Source: an uncultured Chloroflexia bacterium
GTDB lineage: Bacteria > Chloroflexota > Dehalococcoidia > UBA2979
Reading direction: 5' to 3'
Length of the DNA stretch: 64,000 bases
Assembly: GCA_963728205.1 (NCBI GenBank)
Contig: CAVSIV010000006.1
Coordinates: 96,001 to 160,000, forward strand
Program-made: the position numbers and the translations under genes
The notes under the pieces: model-generated
The model's database searches: none
What the model saw: only the letters and a program-made list of their open reading frames with translations
What the model was told of the DNA's origin: nothing
Shown here: piece by piece, positions 49,348 through 58,696 of the stretch
Position numbering within the stretch: the stretch's first letter is position 1
How the letters are laid out: the number at the start of each line of letters is the position of its first letter

Positions 49348-49651
49348 CCCGGGCGCTGCGGGGCCGCCTGCGCGCGGAAATGCTCGATCACCCGTCGTAA
49401 CCTGATCAGTAGGCAGCCCACGAGCAGCCGCGCGTCCGCGCACGGCTGCGACTACGGAGGACCCCCGGCACCTTCGCGCGGCGAACCCGTGGGCAGGTCC
49501 GAGAGAACATGACATATGGAACATGATTCATCGGACATCTATGATCGCCGGCACGCCGGGTGCTCGAAGGGAGGAGCGCGGGGCCACCTGCCTGATTAAG
49601 AACACTCTCACGCAACGAAGCTCCCATCGAACCCCATTTAGGAGAAGCTTC

Positions 49652-49969
49652 ATGCTTGCACGTACGACTGCGCGCTGGACGCTCGGTCTTGTCATCGGCT
49701 TGATCGCCGTCGGCCTCCTGGCCGCCAGCGCAATGGCGCAGACGCCAACCTCGACGGCGACCGCCACCGCGACTCCGACCAAGACGGCCACCGCCGCCGC
49801 GACCTCGACCGGCACCGCCGGCGCAACCGCGACCCCGGCCCCGGCGAGTACCGGGAACGCCGGCCTGTTCGCGAGCAACTCCAGCTCGGTCCTCGGCATC
49901 GCCCTGCTGGCCGTCGTGGCCGGCGGCGTGGTGATCGGCGGCCGTGAGCTGGCCAAGCGGCGCGAGTAG
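49652..49969 (+). CDS. Small Thr/Ala-rich surface protein with a C-terminal sorting-signal-like tail
   Basis: AGGAG RBS, signal peptide ending AMA-Q, Thr/Ala tract, PASTGNAG + TM + RELAKRRE. Confidence 0.8.
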   Translation: MLARTTARWTLGLVIGLIAVGLLAASAMAQTPTSTATATATPTKTATAAATSTGTAGATATPAPASTGNAGLFASNSSSVLGIALLAVVAGGVVIGGRELAKRRE

Positions 49970-49981
49970 CGTCGTCATCCC

Positions 49982-50080
49982 GCTCGCCCCGCGCGGCTCG
50001 GCCGCGCGGGGCGAGCACGGCATCGCCACCCCGTGTGGCACCACGAAGGGTGGAGCGCGACGCGCTCCACCCTTCTGTTC
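49982..50080 (+). terminator. Two strong hairpins; the second is terminator-like
   Basis: 16-bp stem at 49982-50016; GAAGGGTGGAGCGCG/CGCGCTCCACCCTTC at 50045-50075 followed by TGTTC. Confidence 0.65.
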
Positions 50081-50180
50081 GCGCGGCGCGGCGTGCGCCG
50101 CGGGACCTCACGCCGCGCGGCGGCTACGCTCGATCGCGCTCCCGGGCCGACGCGCCCGGCCGCTGCGAGGAGTGCCCGCG

Positions 50181-50372
50181 ATGGCCATCCCGCTTGCCGC
50201 GCTGCTCCCCATCGTCGTCCTCGCGCTCGCGTTCGACGCGTACTGCCTCTGGGACCTCGCGCACGCGCGGGTCCGCTACCTGCCGAAGTGGGGCTGGACG
50301 CTCGTCATCCTCTTCGTCTCGGCGCCGGTCGGCGGCATCGCGTACCTGGCAGCCGGCAAGGAGCCCGGGTGA
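50181..50372 (+). CDS. PLDc_N-domain small membrane protein
   Basis: YCLWDL....VRYLPKWGW.LVI...P.GGIAYL..G. Confidence 0.82.
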   Translation: MAIPLAALLPIVVLALAFDAYCLWDLAHARVRYLPKWGWTLVILFVSAPVGGIAYLAAGKEPG

Positions 50373-51250
50373 TCATCGCCACGCGCTCACTGAGCAAGCA
50401 GTACGGGGCGAACGCGGCGCTCGACGGCGTCGACCTGCAGGTCGAGCAGGGCAGCGTCTACGGACTGGTCGGTCCGAACGGCTCCGGCAAGACGACGCTG
50501 CTCTCGATCCTCGCCGGCCTGCGCCGCCCGACCTCCGGCGCGTACTCCGTCGCCGTGCCGCGTGCACAGGTCGCGCTGGCGCCCGACACGCCGCACTTCG
50601 AGCCGTGGCTCACCGCACGCGAGCTCGTCGCGCTGGCCGCCTCGCTCGTCGGCAGCGACGTCGCGCCGGAGCGCATCGACGCCGCGCTGCACGACGCCGG
50701 CCTCGCCGACGCGGTCGACCGCCGTGTCGGCGGCTTCTCGCGCGGCATGCTGCAGCGGCTCGGCCTCGCGGCCACGCTCGTCGGCGACCCGCAGCTGCTG
50801 CTGCTCGACGAGCCCGCTGCCGCGCTCGACCCCATGGGCCGCCGCGAGGTGCTCGACCTGATCGCCCGCGAGCGCGGCCGCCGCACCGTCGTCTTCTCGA
50901 GCCACATCCTGTCCGACGTGCAGGAGGTGTGCGACACGGTCGGCATCCTGCGCGCCGGCACGCTGCTCTACCAGGGCTCGCTCGCCGCGCTGCTCACGGG
51001 ATCCGCCACGCCGAACTACGTCGTGCGACTGCGCGACGAGGACGACGGCGTCGCCGCCGCGCTGCGTGCGGAGCCGTGGGTGCGCGGCGTCGAGGCGGCC
51101 GCCCCGCGCGAGCTGCGGATTGCGGTCGACCGGCTCGAGGACGCCGAACGCGAGCTCCCCGGCGCGCTGGCCCGCGCGGGCGCCCGCGTGGTGAGCCTGG
51201 GGCCCGGCGAGGCGTCGCTCGAGCAGGTGTTTCTGGAGCTGACGCGATGA
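50369..51250 (+). CDS. ABC-2 type exporter ATP-binding protein
   Basis: GPNGSGKTT, FSRGMLQRLGLA, LDEP, SSHILSDV. Confidence 0.92.
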   Translation: MIIATRSLSKQYGANAALDGVDLQVEQGSVYGLVGPNGSGKTTLLSILAGLRRPTSGAYSVAVPRAQVALAPDTPHFEPWLTARELVALAASLVGSDVAPERIDAALHDAGLADAVDRRVGGFSRGMLQRLGLAATLVGDPQLLLLDEPAAALDPMGRREVLDLIARERGRRTVVFSSHILSDVQEVCDTVGILRAGTLLYQGSLAALLTGSATPNYVVRLRDEDDGVAAALRAEPWVRGVEAAAPRELRIAVDRLEDAERELPGALARAGARVVSLGPGEASLEQVFLELTR

Positions 51251-51993
51251 GCCTCTGGCGGCTGGAGTGGCTGCGCATCAGGCGGACGTGGCGGCTGCCG
51301 GGCCTGCTCGTGATCTTCCTCTTCTTCGGCTTCCTCGGTCCGATCAGCGCGCGCTACGCCGCCGAGCTCGTGAAGCGCTTCGGCGGCGACGTGCAGTTCG
51401 TGGTCCCGCCGCCCGTCCCGGCCGACGGCGTCCAGCAGTACCTCGGCAACATCACGCAGCTCGGCCTGCTCGCAATCGTGGCCGCCGCCGCCGGCGCGTT
51501 CGCCTTCGACGGCAACCCCGAGCTGGCCGCGTTCTTCCGCACGCGCGTGCGGTCGATGCGCGGCCTCGTCCTGACGCGCTTCGCCGCGTACGTGATCGCG
51601 GCCGTCGTCGTGTTCACGCTCGGCACTACCGCCGCGTGGTACGAGACCGCGGTGCTGATCGGCGGACTGCCCGCCGGGCCGATGCTCGCGGGGCTCGGCT
51701 ACGCAGCGCTCTACTTCGCGTTCGCCGTCGCGCTCACGGCGCTGTCCGCGGGACTCGCGCGCGGCACGCTCGGCACCGTCGTGCTCACGTTCGCGCTGAT
51801 CGCCGGTGTCGCGCTGATCGGCGTGATCCCGGCCGTGGGCGAATGGCTGCCCGGGCGCCTCGCCGGCGCGATGCTCGGCCTCGTGCAGGGCACGCCCGCG
51901 CGCGACTACCTACGCGCGGCGGGCGTGTCGGTCGTGGCGACCGTCGTCGCGCTGTCGGCCGCCGTCGCCCTCCTGGCGCGCCGCGAGATCTGA
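51247..51993 (+). CDS. ABC-2 type permease
   Basis: 6 TM; ATGA overlap with the ATPase gene. Confidence 0.85.
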   Translation: MSLWRLEWLRIRRTWRLPGLLVIFLFFGFLGPISARYAAELVKRFGGDVQFVVPPPVPADGVQQYLGNITQLGLLAIVAAAAGAFAFDGNPELAAFFRTRVRSMRGLVLTRFAAYVIAAVVVFTLGTTAAWYETAVLIGGLPAGPMLAGLGYAALYFAFAVALTALSAGLARGTLGTVVLTFALIAGVALIGVIPAVGEWLPGRLAGAMLGLVQGTPARDYLRAAGVSVVATVVALSAAVALLARREI

Positions 51994-52082
51994 CCCGGCC
52001 GCCGGACGACCGGCCCGGTAGCCGCGGCGTGGACGCGCTCCCTACCATCCACGTCGCCGCGATGGACGAGGGGGGACGCCCG

Positions 52083-53294
52083 ATGCCGGCACCGCTCGAC
52101 GGGATCACCGTGCTCGAGGTCGCGAACTGGCTCGCCGCGCCGAGCGCCGGGGCGCTGATGGCCGACCTCGGCGCCGACGTGATCAAGGTCGAGCCGCCCG
52201 CCGGCGACGTCTGGCGCGGCTTCAGCATGCGCAGCGCCGGCTACGACCGCGACTTCGCGCAGAACTACGCCTTCGAGATGGACAACCGCGGGAAGCGCTC
52301 GATCACCGTCGACCTCGGGCGGCCCGGCGGGCCCGACCTCGTGCGGCGCCTCGCGCGCGACGTCGACGTCTATCTCACGAACCTCACGCCGCCGCGGCGC
52401 GCGCGCTACGGCCTCACCTACGACGCCATTCGCGAGGCAAACCCGCGCGTCGTCTACACCTCCCTCACCGGCTACGGCACGCGCGGCCCGGACGCCGACC
52501 GCCCGGGGTTCGACTACGCCGCCTTCTGGGCGCGGTCGGGCATCATGGCCGCGATCGAGCAGCCGCCGGCGCCGCCGCCCCTGAACCGCGCCGGCCAGGG
52601 CGATCACACGACGTCACTGAACCTGCTCGCCTCCACGCTCGCCGCGCTCCGGCTGCGCGACCGCACGGGCGAGCCGCAGTACGTCGAGGTCACGCTGCAG
52701 GCGACCGGCATGTGGACGCTCGCCACCGACTTCTCGGCCGTGCTGATGTCGGGCCTGCGTTCGCCGCGGCACGACCGCGAGGCGCCGCCGAACCCGATCT
52801 GGAACTCATACCAGGCGAGCGACGGCCGGTGGCTCCTGCTCGTCATGGTGCAGCCCGACCCGTACTGGCCGCCGTTCTGCGCCGCCATCGGCGAGCCGGC
52901 GCTCGCGCGGGACGAGCGGTACGACACGCTGATGAAGCGCCTCGAGCACAGCCGCGAGCTCACCGAGCACATCGCCGGCCGCATCGCGGAGCACGACGTC
53001 GCGCACTGGTCGCGCCGCTTCGACGAGCACCGCATCATCTGGGCGCCCGCTGCCGAGCTCCCGGAGGTCGCCACCAATCCGCAGGTCCGCGCGATGGGCT
53101 GGGTGGCGACGGTCGAGCACCCGGAGACGGGCCCGTACGAGACGCTCGGCACGCCGTTCCAGATCGCCGGCGCCGACGTCGGCCCGCGCGGCCCCGCACC
53201 GGCGCCGGGCCAGCACACGTTCGACGTGCTGCGCGCGGCCGGGCTCGGGGAGGCGGAGATCGCCGCGCTCGCCGCGGGTGGCGTGTTCGGCTAG
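52083..53294 (+). CDS. Family III (CaiB/BaiF) CoA-transferase
   Basis: AAP.AG..MADLGADVIKVEPP.GD, NRGKRSI, GYG..GP, GQGD. Confidence 0.92.
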   Translation: MPAPLDGITVLEVANWLAAPSAGALMADLGADVIKVEPPAGDVWRGFSMRSAGYDRDFAQNYAFEMDNRGKRSITVDLGRPGGPDLVRRLARDVDVYLTNLTPPRRARYGLTYDAIREANPRVVYTSLTGYGTRGPDADRPGFDYAAFWARSGIMAAIEQPPAPPPLNRAGQGDHTTSLNLLASTLAALRLRDRTGEPQYVEVTLQATGMWTLATDFSAVLMSGLRSPRHDREAPPNPIWNSYQASDGRWLLLVMVQPDPYWPPFCAAIGEPALARDERYDTLMKRLEHSRELTEHIAGRIAEHDVAHWSRRFDEHRIIWAPAAELPEVATNPQVRAMGWVATVEHPETGPYETLGTPFQIAGADVGPRGPAPAPGQHTFDVLRAAGLGEAEIAALAAGGVFG

Positions 53295-53380
53295 TCGCCA
53301 CACCCCGCACGCACCGCGCACTTCCTCCACGACGCGGCGAGCCGCGCCGGTGACGGGAGCGCCTCGCCGGGCGCCTCGGG

Positions 53381-54082
53381 TCAGGGCAGCAGCACCGTCG
53401 GGTCCGCGGTCTTCAGCGGCGGCAGCGTGTGCGCGTTCAGCTCCGCGCGCTCGCCCGTCGCGGCGTAGATCGCCTGCTCCGCGATGTTCGTCGCGCGATC
53501 GGCGACGCGCTCGAGGTCGTGTGTGACCCACAGCATCGTCACGCTGCGCGCGACGCGCGCCGGGTCGCCGTCGCCACGGCCGACGATCAGCCGGTACGCC
53601 GCCTCCTGCAGCTCGTCGACCGCGTCGTCGAGCCGGCCCACCGCGCGCGCGGCCTCCGGGTCGAGCGCGTCGAAGGCCGCCAGCGCGGCCTCGAGCATGC
53701 GGCGCGCGCTCGACGCCATCGTCGCGAGCAGCGGTCCGACCTCGCTCGGCTCGCCCCCCGTGCGCGCCACCGTCCGCGCGATCGCCACGCCGTGGTCGGC
53801 GATGCGCTCGAGCTCGGCGACGACCGCCAGCGAGGCGAGGATGAACCGCAGGTCGCCGCCCACCGGCGCCTGCTCCGCGATCAGCACGGTGCAGAGGCGG
53901 TCGGCGTCCGCGCAGCGCGCGTTGACGGCCGCGTCGTCCGCGATCACGGCCGCGGCCAGCGTGGCGTCGTGGTGCTCCAGGGCGCGCATCGCGCGCTCGA
54001 GCTGGTCGTCGGCCAGCCCGCCCAGCTCGCCGACGAGCGCGCGCAGCGACTCGAGTTGTCGATGGAAGTGCTCACGGGGCAT
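53381..54082 (-). CDS. phoU: Phosphate signalling protein PhoU
   Basis: QAPVGGDLR, ELERIADH, DDAVD, DLERVADRATNIAE. Confidence 0.9.
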   Translation of the reverse strand: MPREHFHRQLESLRALVGELGGLADDQLERAMRALEHHDATLAAAVIADDAAVNARCADADRLCTVLIAEQAPVGGDLRFILASLAVVAELERIADHGVAIARTVARTGGEPSEVGPLLATMASSARRMLEAALAAFDALDPEAARAVGRLDDAVDELQEAAYRLIVGRGDGDPARVARSVTMLWVTHDLERVADRATNIAEQAIYAATGERAELNAHTLPPLKTADPTVLLP

Positions 54083-54171
54083 GGCACGCCTCCTCCGCCC
54101 GGTGCCGGGAACCTGCACCCATCGTCGGCGCCGGCGATGCGCGGGGGGAGTGCCGCGATGCCCTCGCCTCG

Positions 54172-54187
54172 CGGGACGAACGTCCCG
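54172..54187. promoter_or_regulatory. DosR/DevR-like palindromic box between phoU and ppk2
   Basis: CGGGAC-GAAC-GTCCCG. Confidence 0.5.
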
Positions 54188-54242
54188 GCCACGCGTACGC
54201 TGAACGCGCGCCCACCACCACACGAGCGAAGGAGGCCCCGCA

Positions 54243-55013
54243 GTGCCGCACGACGGGTCCGGCGGCGGCTACAAGCACCAGCTCCGGCAGCTGCAGATCG
54301 AGCTGGTCAAGCTGCAGCGCCAGGTGATCGCCCACAACGAGCGGATCGTCGTCCTCTTCGAGGGCCGCGACGCCGCCGGCAAGGACGGCACCATCAAGCG
54401 CATCATCCAGCACCTGAGCCCCCGCGAGACGCGGGTCGTCGCGCTCGGCGTGCCGTCGGATCGCGACAAGAGCTCGTGGTACTTCCAGCGCTACGTGCCG
54501 CACCTGCCCGCCGCGCAGGAGCTCGTCCTCTTCAACCGCTCCTGGTACAACCGCGCCGGCGTCGAGCGCGTGATGGGCTTCTGCACCGACGACGAGTACG
54601 AGGAGTTCATGGAGACCGCGCCGACCTTCGAGCAGATGCTCGTCCGCTCCGGCATCCGGCTCTTCAAGTACTACCTCGACATCACGCGCGACGAGCAGCG
54701 CAAGCGCCTCGACGAGCGCAAGGAGAGCCCGCTCACCCAGTGGAAGATCAGCCCGATCGACGAGCAGGCGCACGAGAAGTGGAACGACTACAGCCGCGCG
54801 CGCGACGAGATGTTCGCGCGCACGCACACCCCCGCTGCGCCCTGGCGCGTCGTGCGCGCCGACCACAAGAAGACCACGCGCCTCAACGTGATCCGCGACC
54901 TGCTCACGCACCTCGACTACAAGGGCAAGGACGCGACGCTGCTCAACGCGGACCCGTCCATCGTCTTCCCGTTCCAGGAGGAGGCGATCGAGAAGGGGCT
55001 GATCGCACCCTGA
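54243..55013 (+). CDS. ppk2: Polyphosphate kinase 2
   Basis: FEGRDAAGKDG, WYFQRY, FNRSWYNRAGVERVMGF, WKISP.D. Confidence 0.94.
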   Translation: MPHDGSGGGYKHQLRQLQIELVKLQRQVIAHNERIVVLFEGRDAAGKDGTIKRIIQHLSPRETRVVALGVPSDRDKSSWYFQRYVPHLPAAQELVLFNRSWYNRAGVERVMGFCTDDEYEEFMETAPTFEQMLVRSGIRLFKYYLDITRDEQRKRLDERKESPLTQWKISPIDEQAHEKWNDYSRARDEMFARTHTPAAPWRVVRADHKKTTRLNVIRDLLTHLDYKGKDATLLNADPSIVFPFQEEAIEKGLIAP

Positions 55014-55148
55014 AGCGACGGCAGACATGCCGCCGACCGCACGAGGATGCCAGTCCGCGACCGACGCGTCGGGTCGGCCGGCGGCTCGCGGCGCCGGGCT
55101 GTCGGCGGCTTGCGCCGCCGGGCTGTCGGCGGCATATCTGCCGCCGCT
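55014..55148. repeat. REPIN-like doublet with a long spacer
   Basis: Arms at 55014-55037 and 55125-55148, between convergent genes. Confidence 0.85.
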
Positions 55149-55202
55149 GAGGGGCGCCGGCGGCCTGCGCCGGCGACGAATGCCGTCATCCCCCGCTGGT
55201 CA

Positions 55203-57695
55203 CTACCGGTCGACGGCGCGCCCACGAGGCGCCTCGTGGGGCGGCGGCTTCGCCGTGACGAAGTCGAGGATCTGCGGCCAGTAGCGGCTGATCGCGAACT
55301 GCGCGGCGAGCGTCGCTGCCGTCGCCACGCCGACGATCGCCCAGTCGCCCGCCGAGACCTCGGTGAACGCGAAGAAGCTGCGCACGTCCTGCGCGCCGAG
55401 CGTCAGCAGCAGCCCCCAGAAGAGCACGGCCGCCATCGCCGTCGTCAGCACCGGCCGGATCGGGCGTCGCCAGTTCGCGCCCTCGATGCCGAGCACCTCG
55501 ATCACGAACACGAGCCCCGCCGCGACGATGGTCATCGTGATCAGCGTGCGCACCGCCTCGATGTCGCGGCCGAACAGCCCCTCCGTCGCGAACTGCACCA
55601 GCACGGCCGCCGCCGCGAGCGCGAGCCCGGCCGGCAGCGCGAAGCGCAGCACCGAGCGCGTGAAGTCGCGCCCGGCGTTGTGCGGCGGCACGCCCACCGA
55701 GATCACCACCGCCGGGATGCCGAGCGTGAGCAGCGACGACACGGACCCCTGCCGCGGCAGGAACGGGAAGTCGAGCCCGAGCAGGTTCGTCACGAGGATG
55801 AGCAGGTACGCGTACACGCTCTTCGCGATGAACAGCTTGCTCAGGCGCGCGGCGTTGCCGAGCACGAACGTCGCCTCCCGCGTGCCGCGCACCAGCGCCC
55901 CGAACGAGTCCTCGAGCAGCACGATGCCGGCGACGCTGCGCGCGATCGACGTGCCGGACGCCATCGCGACCGCGACGTCGGCCGCGCGCAGCGCGTGCAC
56001 GTCGTTCGCGCCGTCGCCGACCATCGCGACGAAGTGGCCGCGCGCCTTCATCGCGTCGACGATGCGCGCCTTCAGCGCCGGCGACACGCGGCCGAACACG
56101 GTGTGCGCGTCGACCGCCGCGCCGAGCGCGGCGTCGTCCATCGGTTCGAGCTCGGCGCCGGAGATGGCGCCGCCGCGCACGGGGATGTCGAGCTGCGCGA
56201 GCAGCGCGGCGACGGTGTCGGGGCTGTCGCCGGAGATCACCTTCGGCGCGATCTCGAGCTCGTCCATGATCGCGAAGGCGCTGCGCACCTCCTGGCGCAG
56301 CTCGTCGCTGAGCGTGATCACGGCGAGCGGCTCGAGCGGCGGCAGCGGAGCGTCGGCGTCCGGGAGCGCGTCGGCGGCGGCGAGCGCCAGCGCGCGCAGG
56401 CCGCGCGCGGTGGCGGCGTCGACGTGCCCGCGCAGCGCGGCGACCGCGCCCGCGTCCGCGTGCTCGCCGCGCGCGGCGGCGAGCACCGTCTCCGGCGCAC
56501 CGAGCACCAGCACGCGGCGCTCGCCGGCGCCGCTGACGAGCGCCGCGGCGCTCCAGCGCCGGCGCGACGTGAACGCGACGTCGCCCTCGCGGCGCACGGC
56601 GGCCGGCGCGCCGGCGCCCAGCGCCGTCGCGAGCGCCGCCGCGCTGCGGTTCTCGTCGCCCTTGTCGCGTGCGAACGCCGCCAGCCACGGGACGGCCCAC
56701 TCCACGCCCGGCAACCAGTGGACGGCGTCGAGCGCCAGCCGGTTCGTCGTCAGCGTCCCGGTCTTGTCCAGGCCGATCACGTCGACGTAGTTGAGCGCCT
56801 CCACCGCGTAGATGTCCTGCACGATCGCGCCGGCGCGCGAGACCCGCAGCGCGCCGACCGCGCTGACGACGGTCATGCCGAGCAGCAGCCCCACCGGGAC
56901 CACCGTCGTCACCGTGGCCGTGGTCGCGCGCAGCGACGCCGCGAGGCCCTCGTGCTGGATGTTGAGCTGGATGAAGAGGACCGTCGCCAGCGCGCTCGTC
57001 GCGATCAGCAGCACGCGCAGCAACCGGTTGAAGCGGAAGGTGAGCGGCGACGCCTTGCGGATCAGCTCGCGCGCGTCGGCGGTGAGGCGCATCACGTAGG
57101 CCGCCGCCCCGACGTGCTCGGCCGTGTAGTAGCACTCCCCGGAGACCGCGTAGCTGCCCGACCGCAGCATCGCGCCGGGCCCGCGCCGCACGCCCTCCGA
57201 CTCGCCGGTGAGCAGCGACTCGTCGACCTCCGCGGTGTGCGCGACGATCGGCCCGTCGGCCACCACCTGGCCGCCGCTCGTGAGGTGTACGAGGTCGCCC
57301 TGCACCACCTCCTCCGCCGGCACCTCGCGCTCGACGCCGCCGCGCACGACGAGCGCGCGTGGCGCGGTCAGCGCGCGCAGCGCCTGCAGGCGCCGGTTCG
57401 CGATCAGCTCCTGCGCCGTGGCCACCGCGACGTTGGCGGCCACCACCACGCCGACGAAGAGGCCGTCGCGGATCTCGCCGACGACGAGCAGCGCCGCGAT
57501 CAGCACCGCGAGGATCACGTTGAAGAAGGTGGCGGTGTTGCGGCGGATGACGTCGCGGTCGGTGACCTGGCGCGTGGTGTCGACGTTGGCGCGGCCCTGC
57601 GCGGCGCGCGCGGCGGCCTCGGCGTCGGTCAGGCCGGGCGGAAGCGCGGCCCCTTCGGCGACGGGAGCGGGAGCGTCGGGCGGGTCAATCGTCAT
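55203..57695 (-). CDS. P-type ATPase, CtpE-like
   Basis: GLT..E, N..TFFN, DESLLTGES, DKTGTLT, ISGD, GDGAND; TM4 reads VVPVGL. Confidence 0.88.
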   Translation of the reverse strand: MTIDPPDAPAPVAEGAALPPGLTDAEAAARAAQGRANVDTTRQVTDRDVIRRNTATFFNVILAVLIAALLVVGEIRDGLFVGVVVAANVAVATAQELIANRRLQALRALTAPRALVVRGGVEREVPAEEVVQGDLVHLTSGGQVVADGPIVAHTAEVDESLLTGESEGVRRGPGAMLRSGSYAVSGECYYTAEHVGAAAYVMRLTADARELIRKASPLTFRFNRLLRVLLIATSALATVLFIQLNIQHEGLAASLRATTATVTTVVPVGLLLGMTVVSAVGALRVSRAGAIVQDIYAVEALNYVDVIGLDKTGTLTTNRLALDAVHWLPGVEWAVPWLAAFARDKGDENRSAAALATALGAGAPAAVRREGDVAFTSRRRWSAAALVSGAGERRVLVLGAPETVLAAARGEHADAGAVAALRGHVDAATARGLRALALAAADALPDADAPLPPLEPLAVITLSDELRQEVRSAFAIMDELEIAPKVISGDSPDTVAALLAQLDIPVRGGAISGAELEPMDDAALGAAVDAHTVFGRVSPALKARIVDAMKARGHFVAMVGDGANDVHALRAADVAVAMASGTSIARSVAGIVLLEDSFGALVRGTREATFVLGNAARLSKLFIAKSVYAYLLILVTNLLGLDFPFLPRQGSVSSLLTLGIPAVVISVGVPPHNAGRDFTRSVLRFALPAGLALAAAAVLVQFATEGLFGRDIEAVRTLITMTIVAAGLVFVIEVLGIEGANWRRPIRPVLTTAMAAVLFWGLLLTLGAQDVRSFFAFTEVSAGDWAIVGVATAATLAAQFAISRYWPQILDFVTAKPPPHEAPRGRAVDR

Positions 57696-57837
57696 CGCGA
57701 TCGCTTATCTCACATGCGGCGACGCCTGACAGCGGGCGAACGGCCCCGCGTGAGCGGGCTGAGCGGCCGCGCAGTCATCGTGCCCGCGGGGCGGGGCGCC
57801 GTCTCCGTCACATCGGCGGCCCACCGGCCGTCCGATG

Positions 57838-57867
57838 GGTCGGCGGCATGTCTGCCGCCGCTGTGGG
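57838..57867. repeat. Single REP arm
   Basis: GGTCGGCGGCATGTCTGCCGCCGCTGTGGG, identical to 35136-35165; partial echo at 57895-57909. Confidence 0.85.
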
Positions 57868-57928
57868 GGCGCCGCTGCCGCCCCAACGCCGCTCGCCGCC
57901 GCTGTGGGGCGCCGCGGCCGCTGGCGAC

Positions 57929-58693
57929 CTAGCGCGTTCGCGTGCGCAGTGCGAGCACCGAGAACACCGTCGTCACCGCGCCCAGCCCGACGACCGCGAG
58001 CACCGCGCCGTCCACCTGGCCCCAGTCCCACCCGCTCAGCATCAGCGCGCGCATGCCCTCGAGCATGTACGTCACCGGGTTGATGGTCGCGAGCGCGTAG
58101 AGCCAGCCCTGGAAGACGTCGCGCGGAGCAAACGCGGGCGAGAGGAACAGCAGCGGGAAGAACAGCAGGAAGCCGGCCTGCGCGGCCTGCGCGCTGCCGG
58201 TGCGCAGGCCGATCGCGAGCCCGATGCCGGAGTACGCCGCGCCGAACAGCGCGCCGAGCAGCAGGATCGCGGCGTAGCCGCCGGGGCCGGCCGCCATGTG
58301 CGCGCCGGCGATCGCGGTCACGAGCAGGATCACTGCGACGAAGAACGCCGACCGCGCCGCGTCCGCGAGCAGCCGGCCCCACACGATCGCCAGCCGCGGC
58401 GCCGGCGTGAGCAGCAGCTTGTCGAAGTAGCCGCGCTCGATGTCGGTCACCACGGCGATGCCGGAGCTCGACGCGGCGCCGGCCACGCCCTGCAGGATCG
58501 CCACCGGCACCTCGAACGACTTGTAGTCGACGACGCCGAACGCCTGCCCGGCGACGCGCCCGATGGCGCCGACCGTCACGAAGAAGAAGAACAGCGGGAT
58601 GAAGAGGTTGCCTGCCTCGACGCCGGGCTGCCGCAGCGTCTCGCGCACGGCGCGGCCGGCCAGGTGGATGCTCGCCGCGAGCACGCGCCGCAT
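57929..58693 (-). CDS. ABC-2 (DrrB-like) permease
   Basis: DIERGYFDKLLLTP, FFPLLFLS, INPVTY. Confidence 0.9.
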   Translation of the reverse strand: MRRVLAASIHLAGRAVRETLRQPGVEAGNLFIPLFFFFVTVGAIGRVAGQAFGVVDYKSFEVPVAILQGVAGAASSSGIAVVTDIERGYFDKLLLTPAPRLAIVWGRLLADAARSAFFVAVILLVTAIAGAHMAAGPGGYAAILLLGALFGAAYSGIGLAIGLRTGSAQAAQAGFLLFFPLLFLSPAFAPRDVFQGWLYALATINPVTYMLEGMRALMLSGWDWGQVDGAVLAVVGLGAVTTVFSVLALRTRTR

Positions 58694-58696
58694 CGC

